Of a stretch of DNA of 64,000 nt, positions 49,845 through 58,600 are shown in pieces. The stretch comes from Candidatus Hodarchaeota archaeon (GTDB taxonomy: Archaea; Asgardarchaeota; Lokiarchaeia; Sigyniarchaeales; SOKP01). The first letter of the stretch is position 1; each line of letters begins with the position of its first letter. The stretch spans positions 64,001-128,000 of the forward strand of contig JBHLJY010000005.1 of assembly GCA_048887225.1 (NCBI GenBank). Direction: 5' to 3'. The notes beneath the pieces are model-generated. The model was not told where the DNA came from, did not search any database, and worked only from the letters and a program-made list of their open reading frames with translations. A program made the translations under genes and the position numbers.

Positions 49845-50750
49845 TTGATTGATAATACTTTTTTACAAAAATTAATTAAAACGCCAGAATCTATCACTAA
49901 ACTTGATTTTGATACAATTTCAGAAATTTTGAAACAAGCCAGAGATATTTTTAAAGATGAACCTCTATTATTGGAATTTGATTTAGACAATTCGGAGGAA
50001 GTTTTTGTTCTTGGTGATATCCATGGTAATATGCGTACATTAATGAAAATTATAGATATAATTAATCAACAAAAACCTAAATTGGTAATATCGTTAGGGG
50101 ATATAGTTGATAGGGGAACGAATCAATTGGAATGTTTAATTGTAGTTTTAGCTTTAAAAATTCTTAAACATGATAGTTTTTACATATTAAGAGGAAATCA
50201 CGAGACCTTAGAGATGAACCAAGCATATGGATTTTTTTATGATTTCCTCCAGAGATTTAAGGATTATAATAAATTTAGCGAAATTTTAGCAGTTTATGAT
50301 ATGCTTCCTATGTGCGCGATCATCAATAATTTAATTTTATGTTTACATGGAGGAATTCCTGAAGACATAGATATCTTAAATAAATTAAAAGGATTAAGAC
50401 ATAACAATATTGATAATTCTACTTTAAAGACGATTAATGAAGGTATTTTCCAAATTTTATGGAATGATCCAAAACAATCTGGATTGCGGGGTTTTGAGGG
50501 AAGTTTTAGAGGGTCTGGAATTAAATTTTTTGGCGAGGACGTTTTCGATAATTTCATGGAGTCAAATAATCTTAAATACCTTATTCGAGCCCATGAATGC
50601 TTTCCCGAGGGTTATAAATGGTTTTTCAACGGACGATTACTTTCAATATTTTCCGCAGCAAACTATCGTGGAGATTTTTCACCGAATCCTGCTTCTTATG
50701 CAATTATAAAAAATAATAGAATTATCCCTAAAACGCTAGAACTTCTATAA
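49845..50750 (+). CDS. PPP-family Ser/Thr protein phosphatase
   Basis: GDIHG, GDIVDRG, RGNHE, HGG, ILWNDP, RAHE and SIFSAANY motifs. Confidence 0.93.
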   Translation: MIDNTFLQKLIKTPESITKLDFDTISEILKQARDIFKDEPLLLEFDLDNSEEVFVLGDIHGNMRTLMKIIDIINQQKPKLVISLGDIVDRGTNQLECLIVVLALKILKHDSFYILRGNHETLEMNQAYGFFYDFLQRFKDYNKFSEILAVYDMLPMCAIINNLILCLHGGIPEDIDILNKLKGLRHNNIDNSTLKTINEGIFQILWNDPKQSGLRGFEGSFRGSGIKFFGEDVFDNFMESNNLKYLIRAHECFPEGYKWFFNGRLLSIFSAANYRGDFSPNPASYAIIKNNRIIPKTLELL

Positions 50751-50754
50751 TATT

Positions 50755-50868
50755 AATTCAGGAGACTTTTCTACAAAAGTAATTCATTATTAGATTTTTG
50801 AGGAAATAATTTTTATTTATCAACTTATAAGAAAAATTAGTTTTAATATTGATGCTGTCTCCTTAATT
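50755..50868. repeat. Imperfect 12-bp inverted repeat bounding the intergenic gap between convergent genes
   Basis: aattcaggagac (50755-50766) vs gtctccttaatt (50857-50868), 11/12 complementary. Confidence 0.45.
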
Positions 50869-51131
50869 TACATAATCTCACTCGCGTCCGGTTTCACAAA
50901 CAATAAATTATTCCCACGAATAAAGATCTCATTGTACTTCGCAATTGGGCTTCCATTCATGATTTCTGTGGCATCTTCTAAAATCATATTCATATAGGCA
51001 TCTATCTCCTTTAATATTCCTCGATACTCCGTACCGTCCTTCAATCGTAATAATATTTTTGATTTTTGGGCGTTTTGCAATATTGTTAATGGATTTTTCG
51101 ATTTTCTTTGTGGATTATTATTAAGCGACAT
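50868..51131 (-). CDS. lsm: Sm/Lsm-like RNA-binding protein (SmAP)
   Basis: LKDGTEYRGIL...DAYMNMILEDA (Sm1) and IFIRGNN (Sm2). Confidence 0.93.
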   Translation of the reverse strand: MSLNNNPQRKSKNPLTILQNAQKSKILLRLKDGTEYRGILKEIDAYMNMILEDATEIMNGSPIAKYNEIFIRGNNLLFVKPDASEIM

Positions 51132-51248
51132 ACTAACTTTATCCCTTTTTATACCTTTTCAAAATAAAAAATTATTATTAAACTATTTAAAGATAAATTT
51201 TTTTGAATAAAAACCTTATTATCTGATATTAACCTATTTTAAGTTTCA

Positions 51249-51866
51249 TTGGTTATTTTTTTGAAAAAGAAGAGAGAGAACCAGAATAAGAAAAAAGAGA
51301 TTATAATTAAATACAATTCAACCTCAGATTATTATGAGAGAAGATATAAAGAAATTCAATATAATAAATATAAAATCGTTCTAAAGAGTTATGCCGTAGG
51401 GGGGAAAATTATATTAGATGCTGGTTGTGGTACTGGTTTACTATACGATTTTTTAATTAACTCACTAGAACGAATCAAAACACCATTTTATTCTTATATT
51501 GCAATTGATATTTCAATCAATATGCTAAAGATTTTCAAATTGAAGAATTTGAATAAAGATAAGAAAATAGGAAACAAATTAAATCTAATTTTATGTGATT
51601 TGGAAAATTTACCAATCAGAAGTAATATCTTTAATTCATTTTTTTCTCTTACTTCTCTGCAAAATCTACCTCACATTGTTGATGGTGTTAAAGAAATGCT
51701 TAGAGTAGTTAAAGATAATGCCGATATAAAATTTTCAATCTTAAATAAAAATATAGATTTGAATAAATTAATCTCACAATTAAAATCAAGAATCTTCGAG
51801 CTTCAAATTCTTAATAATGAAATCGTAGAAGATGTTATTATACAAGGAAAAAAGCTGAAAAATTGA
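51249..51866 (+). CDS. Class I SAM-dependent methyltransferase
   Basis: ILDAGCGTG, IDIS..ML and DLENLP motifs. Confidence 0.88.
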   Translation: MVIFLKKKRENQNKKKEIIIKYNSTSDYYERRYKEIQYNKYKIVLKSYAVGGKIILDAGCGTGLLYDFLINSLERIKTPFYSYIAIDISINMLKIFKLKNLNKDKKIGNKLNLILCDLENLPIRSNIFNSFFSLTSLQNLPHIVDGVKEMLRVVKDNADIKFSILNKNIDLNKLISQLKSRIFELQILNNEIVEDVIIQGKKLKN

Positions 51867-51875
51867 AGTGAAATA

Positions 51876-52754
51876 TCATTTTTGATAAAATTTTGATAAT
51901 ATCTCCTTGCTTTCACTTTTAATTTTAAATTTCTTTTTAAAATAATTACATAAATTCTCAACATCTCTTTTAAGGAGTTTTTTTGCGTTTGGATGGTCAC
52001 TAGGAACCCATTGCAGCCAATCTATTATTAATATATTTCCTTTTTCATCCACAACGACGTTAAATTCTCCCAAATCACCATGAATAATATTAGCTTTTTT
52101 ATAAATTATTATCATTTGGTTAATAATCTCTTTAAATATGTACTCGGGTTTATCAATACTCTTATAATAAGCCAATTCTTTTCCTCTTAAGTATTCCATT
52201 ACAACGATGTGTCTATTATATCCAATTGGTTTAGGAGTGTTTAAATTAAGATTATAAATCTTTTGAAGTGCTTCGAACTCTTTTCTAGCAGCAAGCCTAT
52301 TCACGTAAAGCCACGAGAAATGGGTTCTTTCACCAATCAAATTTCTAAATTTTTTAATATTTTTAAAACTCGTTCTACCAATTCGATATATTTTTATAGC
52401 GTAGATATTTTCATTATCATCCATACAACTGAATACATCCGATTCCTTACCCTTCCCTAAAATAGGGCCTAATTGACTTATTATATTTTTTTTCACTAAT
52501 GTATGTAAAGCTAAAAGATCGTAAGCTTTTGAATTGAGAGTATATCCAATTTCATATGTAGACGAATCTCTGATTATTAAATCTAATTTGTGAACTTTTT
52601 TTAGTCTAAATAATGTCTCTTCCATTGGATACCTTGAATAAAACTTAATATCATTTACTGTTGTAAACTCGGACCTCTTCATTCCGAGTTCTATTGCCAT
52701 TAAAATTCTCAAATCTTCTTTATCAACTTTAGTGAGAAGTTGAGCAGCTTCCAT
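51876..52754 (-). CDS. rio2: RIO2-type atypical Ser/Thr kinase
   Basis: N-terminal wHTH, GKGKESDV, R.GRTSF, IIHGDLGEFN and IIDWLQ motifs. Confidence 0.93.
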   Translation of the reverse strand: MEAAQLLTKVDKEDLRILMAIELGMKRSEFTTVNDIKFYSRYPMEETLFRLKKVHKLDLIIRDSSTYEIGYTLNSKAYDLLALHTLVKKNIISQLGPILGKGKESDVFSCMDDNENIYAIKIYRIGRTSFKNIKKFRNLIGERTHFSWLYVNRLAARKEFEALQKIYNLNLNTPKPIGYNRHIVVMEYLRGKELAYYKSIDKPEYIFKEIINQMIIIYKKANIIHGDLGEFNVVVDEKGNILIIDWLQWVPSDHPNAKKLLKRDVENLCNYFKKKFKIKSESKEILSKFYQK

Positions 52755-52922
52755 GACATTTATTTTAATATATTAAAGGTTATTAAATTATCAATCTAAT
52801 AATGGTGTTTTAATAATTTTAATTTAAATGAATAGAAGATATAAGAAGTTAAAAATTAAAAAATGTGTGCATAAAAATTTACGAAAAAACAGTAAGATAT
52901 TTTTATTAAATAGCTAAACAAA

Positions 52923-53840
52923 TCATTGATTTTCTAATCTTAATTTGATTTCGTTCCATTGAACATCGATGTATGCTTTATACTGATTAATTTCTTCAGC
53001 AGTTATTCTACTAAATCTTTTTTGAGCTTTTAAATATTCTTCAACAGGTTTTCTCTTAGAAGGATCCAAATATTTTTTACTAATATTAGATAAGATGAAT
53101 TTACCATTAATAACTTCGTACAAAGGCCAGACTCCCGTTTCTGTAGCCAATCTTCCTACTTTGATTGAATCTTTTGGATCATAACCCCATCCTGGAGGGC
53201 AAGCTGAAAGAATATGTATATATCTAGTACCTTTTATTTCTTGGGCTTTTTGAAATTTTTCATATAAATCAAGAGGATAAGACCCGTTAGCAGTTGCTAC
53301 ATACGGAATTCCATGAGCTTCAAGAATTTTTGGCATATTCTTCTTGGGTAATTTTTTTCCCCCAGGAGTCGTTGCTGTGAAAGCTCCGAGAGGCGTTGAT
53401 CCACTCCGTTGAACCCCTGTATTCATATATGCCTCATTATCATAACAAGCATAAATGAAATTGGTACCTCTCTCTGCGGCTCCACTAAGTGCTTGAATAC
53501 CAATATCAGTAGTACCTCCATCACCAGCGAATGCAACAACAGTTATTTCATCGGCCAGATCTTTTTCTTCCAATGATGCTACTATACCAGAGGCAGCAGC
53601 TCCCGTAGTAGCAAAAGGAGTATGAAGTACAGAAAGGTTAGTAGTACAAAAACCTTGCATTCCATGAAGTACGGTCAGACACGAAGCAGGCACCGTAAGA
53701 ATCGTTTTTGGACCAAGAGCTTTAAGAGCAACTCTATAAATTAGCGCCATCGCACATCCTGCACACATTCTTGTGCCTGGATATATAAATTCCTCTTCTC
53801 GAACATCCATTACTTTTACCATATTTCTCATCCCAATCAA
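52923..53840 (-). CDS. porB: Pyruvate/2-ketoisovalerate:ferredoxin oxidoreductase beta subunit
   Basis: CAGC, GDGGT.DIG.QALSG, YDNEAYMNTG.QRS and CPPGW motifs. Confidence 0.92.
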   Translation of the reverse strand: MIGMRNMVKVMDVREEEFIYPGTRMCAGCAMALIYRVALKALGPKTILTVPASCLTVLHGMQGFCTTNLSVLHTPFATTGAAASGIVASLEEKDLADEITVVAFAGDGGTTDIGIQALSGAAERGTNFIYACYDNEAYMNTGVQRSGSTPLGAFTATTPGGKKLPKKNMPKILEAHGIPYVATANGSYPLDLYEKFQKAQEIKGTRYIHILSACPPGWGYDPKDSIKVGRLATETGVWPLYEVINGKFILSNISKKYLDPSKRKPVEEYLKAQKRFSRITAEEINQYKAYIDVQWNEIKLRLENQ

Positions 53841-55099
53841 TCTAAAAAATCTAATTCATCTAATTTCAATCCTAAAAATTCAGTTTTATGTGTAATTTCC
53901 CCCTTTTTGGATTCTTCTAAGGCTTTATGAACTCCATCTATGATATGTTCATTTTTTACATCCCTTCCACCTAATCCGACAATAAAGCCCTTAATAAAAG
54001 GATAATCTTTTAAGCCATAGAGTGCAGATTTTAATTCATATGATAAAACACCTTCGTATCCATATCCAATTTCTCTATCAAAAACTATAATATTCTTTTT
54101 GCCTCTAAAAAATTCCCTTAAATATTTGACAGGAAAAGGTCTAAATAATCTTAAGCTTACTAAGCCTACATTTATTCCTTCATTTCGCAGTTTTTTAATA
54201 ACAGTTTTTGCCTGTGAAGAAACTGATCCCATACAGAAAATAATTGTATCAGCATCTTCCGTTTTAAATGTTTTAAACAATCCATTTCCATAAGATCTAC
54301 CAAATTTTTCTGCGAACTCGTCATGAACCTCTATAATAACATCAATAGAATTTTCTAATGCCTTTTGTAAAGAGTATCTAAATTCGTAATAACCTGGAGC
54401 TGTTCCTTCCTGCCTCTTCACAACATTAGGTAATGTCACCGGTCCTACTCCTTTCACTTGTGAGACATCAGATAAATTAATGTGATGTTTTAATGGAGGT
54501 AAAAAATCATCAATCTCTGTTTGACTTTCTAAAGTTATTGGCATCATAGTATGTGAGAGAATATATCCATCATAAGCGACGATTGTAGGTATATAGACTC
54601 TTGGATCTTCTACTATTTTAAATGCCTGAATGTTCGTATCATAGATTTCTTGATTATCTTCACACATAAATTGAATCCAGCCAACATCTCTTACCGTAAT
54701 GAAATCTGAATGGTCATCCCAAACTGACCAAGGGGCTCCACAGCTTCTAGTAGCTAAATTTATTACAATGGGCAATCTAGTTCCTGATGCCCATGGTAAA
54801 AGTTCATACATTAGCATAAGACCGTGTGCTGAAGTCGCAGTTCCTACTCTTGAACCTGTAGCTGAAGCTGCACAACAAGCTGCCGCTGCTGAATGCTCAG
54901 ATTCAACCATCAAAAATCTAGCTTTTAATTTCCCATCACGAATAAATTCAGATATTTTTTCTACAACGGGGCTTTGAGGCGTTATTGGATAGGCAGAAAT
55001 GACACCTACCCTTGCTTGTCTAAATGCATAAGCAGCTGCATGATTTCCCGTTAAAATTTTTACTTTTTTATTTTTTGCCGATATTTCACCTTGAATCAT
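53837..55099 (-). CDS. porA: Pyruvate/2-ketoisovalerate:ferredoxin oxidoreductase alpha subunit
   Basis: GNHAAA, AYPITPQ, ESEHSA, FRPFP and GLGGRD motifs; ATG at 55099 overlaps the porD stop (ATGA). Confidence 0.92.
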   Translation of the reverse strand: MIQGEISAKNKKVKILTGNHAAAYAFRQARVGVISAYPITPQSPVVEKISEFIRDGKLKARFLMVESEHSAAAACCAASATGSRVGTATSAHGLMLMYELLPWASGTRLPIVINLATRSCGAPWSVWDDHSDFITVRDVGWIQFMCEDNQEIYDTNIQAFKIVEDPRVYIPTIVAYDGYILSHTMMPITLESQTEIDDFLPPLKHHINLSDVSQVKGVGPVTLPNVVKRQEGTAPGYYEFRYSLQKALENSIDVIIEVHDEFAEKFGRSYGNGLFKTFKTEDADTIIFCMGSVSSQAKTVIKKLRNEGINVGLVSLRLFRPFPVKYLREFFRGKKNIIVFDREIGYGYEGVLSYELKSALYGLKDYPFIKGFIVGLGGRDVKNEHIIDGVHKALEESKKGEITHKTEFLGLKLDELDFLD

Positions 55100-55416
55100 A
55101 GAACTTTCACCTCTTTCATTGAAATCGCTTTTACGGGGCATTCTTCCATACATATCCCACATCCTTTACAATAATCATTGTTGATTTTAGGTGGAATAGT
55201 TCTTGATACACATGAATCTGGACAATAAAGCCAACAATTAAAACAAGAATGTTTTCCTGTTTTTACTGGTATGCATTTTGTTTCATCAATTATGGGTTTT
55301 AAACTACTCCATGTACCTGTTTTGCCAGCCTCACCGATAACTGGTTTTTGGACTGAGGCTAATATTTTTTGATAATCTTTTTTCGAATCTGTCATGGAAA
55401 TAACACAATTAGACAT
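55096..55416 (-). CDS. porD: 2-oxoacid:ferredoxin oxidoreductase delta subunit (2x[4Fe-4S])
   Basis: KTGTW, CFNCWLYCPD and YCKGCGICMEECP motifs. Confidence 0.9.
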   Translation of the reverse strand: MSNCVISMTDSKKDYQKILASVQKPVIGEAGKTGTWSSLKPIIDETKCIPVKTGKHSCFNCWLYCPDSCVSRTIPPKINNDYCKGCGICMEECPVKAISMKEVKVL

Positions 55417-55671
55417 ATTTAGACTATTACCCTATTTAATAGCTCTTGAAATAAAACTCTTTTCTTTATTACTTAACCAGATTTTAATCAAAAAAATTAT
55501 AATTTTTAATTATTTGTTATAGTGTGTAAAAATAACAATAAAGAGTAAGAAATATATATTTAATATTTCCTTATTTCTTTTGAGTAAATTTAATACTCTG
55601 ACTAATTGTAAGAATAAATATAAATTTTTTATTTTTAAAAGCCATCAATAAAAGAAAATGGTGAAAAAATC

Positions 55672-58600
55672 TTGAATGAAGATATTAGAAAAAAAAAATC
55701 TGAAGTGGAATATCGTCTCATTTTAGAAAACGCCAATGATTTGATTGCTGTTCTTAACGAAAAATCTGAATATGAATTTATTAACGAGAAAACTCATTTG
55801 AAATTAACTGGTTATGACAGAGAAGATTTAATAGGCAAACCAGCGTTAGATTTTGTTCATCCAGATGAGAGAGAAGTTGCTAAAAGCGCCATAAAAAAAG
55901 CTTTTGAAGTTGGTGAATATACGGGAGAATTAAGAATGAGAAATAAAAAGGATTTTTATGGATGGGTTTATGTTAAAGGTAAAGTGTTTAATGACCAAGA
56001 GGGAAAAAGAAAACTCCTTACAATTGCTAGAGACATTACCGAGCGTAAGAAAATCGAAGATGTATTAAGAGAGAGTGAAGAAAGATACAAAGATCTATTT
56101 AACTCAAGCCCAGATGGTATTGTAACTACTACACTGGATGGTAAATTTCTTAATGCCAATAAAGCTTATCAAGACATGCTTGGTTATACATTAGAAGAAC
56201 TTAAAAGCATGAATTTCCAATTGATTACTCCAAAGAAATGGCACGAGGCTGAAGCAGAGGCAATTAAAAATTTCATATTTGAGGGACATGGAACGTTTGA
56301 AAAGGAATATATAAGAAAAGATGGAACGATATTTCCTATATCACTAACAGGATGGTTAATCAAGGATGAGCAGGGAAATCCTATAAAAATAGGTGCTTTA
56401 ATTAAAGATATCACTGAATATAAGTTTGCAGAACAAATATTAAAAGAATCTGAAAAAAGATTTCGAAGCTTATATGAAAACGCTCTTGTAGGTTTATGGA
56501 CTTCAAAAATAAAAGATGGTAAATTTATTAGAGCAAACGATACTGCTGCTAAAATTGCCGGTTATGACAATGCAGAGGATTTGATAAATAATAGTACTGC
56601 TATAAAACTTTTTAATTATGAAGATAGGGTAGAATTCATCAGGCAATTAAGAGAACATGGTGTAAAATCTGGTTTTGATGCCGAATTGGTTGATAAAAAT
56701 GGAAATAGAAAGGGAATATCTATTTCTGGTAGAATTGATCAAGAAAAAGGGACAATAGAGGGTGCATTTATTGATATTTCAGAAAGAATAAAAAGTGAAC
56801 AAAATTTAAGAGATTCTGAAGAAAAATATAGCAACCTTTTTCATGGTTCGAATGATGCCATCTTTATTCATGATTTAGAGGGTAATATTATAGATATAAA
56901 TCAAAAAGTATTAGATTTATTTGGTTATACAAAATCAGAGATGCTATCCCTCAAAATAGCTAAGATACATCCAACCGAAGCCCTTTCAATGTCTAAAAAA
57001 GCTTTTGAAGAAATTTCGCAAAAAGGTTTTGTAAGATTTGAGATTAATTTTAAAAAAAAGAACGGTGATATATTTCCCGCTGAAGTTTCATCAAGTATCT
57101 TTAACCTAGGTAGAAATAAAGTTATTCAAGGAATTGTTCGGGATATAACCGAGCGAAGGAAAGCAGAACAAAAATTAAAGAGCTCAGAAGGGAGATTTAA
57201 AGAAATCTTTGAAAATGCAAATGATGGTATACTTATTGGTAACCCAAATGAAAATAAATTCTACATGGCCAATAAATCGATTTGTGAAATGTTTGGATAT
57301 AATTTGGAAGAGTTTAATAAAATTGGTGCTTTTGGGTTTTATTTTAAAGAGGATCTACCTTATATCAAAGAACAGTACGATAAACAAATGAGTGGCAAAT
57401 TACCATTAGCTATTAATATCCCCACCAGAAAAAAAGATGGCACTAAATTTTATGTTGATATTAGTACAAAAAACATAACTATAGACGGAAAAACATATAT
57501 GTTGGGTGTATTCCGAGATATCACAGAACGCAGAAAAGCTGAAGACAAATTAAAAGATTCTGAATTAAAATACCGGCATTTATTCGAAAGTTCTCCATAT
57601 TTCATAGGACTTTTAGATCTAAAAGGAAATTTAATAGATTGCAATACTGTGGTAAACAAATTTCTTTCTGTACATACTAAAGAAGATTTAATTGGGAAAA
57701 ATTTCACAGAGATTGTTTCATTAACCGATAGAAACAAACATCTTTCGCCGATGTTAAAAGAGTTATTTTATAATATAATTAAGGGTGAAATTATAGAAGC
57801 TGTTGAATTTCCAATATATAGGTCAATCGGCGATATTAAATGGCTAAGTTTACATGCCTCTTTAATAGAAATAGAAAATGAAACCTTAATACAAATTTTG
57901 ATGCAGGATATAACAGAGAAAAAAAAAGCTGAACAAGAATTAAAAGAATCTGAAGAAAAATATAGAACTTTAGTTGAAACTTCACCTAATTCAATAGTAT
58001 TGTTAGATATAAATGGAATTATTATTGATTGTAATAAAGAGACTGAACTTCTTATAGATTTAGAGAGAGAAGAAATAGTAGGTAAGAATTTTATTGACTT
58101 ATATACTATGCCAAGAAATAAAATACCCAGCTTGATTAAAATTTTTGAGAAGATTAAAAAAGGCGAAATAACTTCTCCTATAGAATTTGAGTATGTGAAT
58201 AAACAAGGTAAAGAAGTTTGGGTGGAAGCCTATATTTCTTTGGTAAAAATTGAGGATGAAATGCTTATTCAAATAGTTTCAATAGATATAACTTCTCGGA
58301 AAATTGCTGAACAAAGCTTAAAAGATTCAGAAAAAAAATATAGAAATATTATTGAGAGCATTAAAGAGGGTTATTTTGAAGTCGATTTAAAGGGTAACTT
58401 TACTTTTTTCAACGACGCTTTAATCGAAATGACAGGTTATACTCGAGAAGAGGCAATGGGAACGAATTTTAGTAATTACATGTCTGAAGAGAATAGTAAA
58501 AGAACATTTAGATTATTTAATGAAGTATATAATACTGGAATCCCACAAAAAAGCTTTCAATACGAATTTTTTAGAAAAGACGGAAGGATTATGTATGGTG

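Noticed and set aside
55100-55162. porA N-terminal extension in the ORF track
   Set aside because: It overlaps porD; the ATGA-coupled start at 55099 is more plausible.
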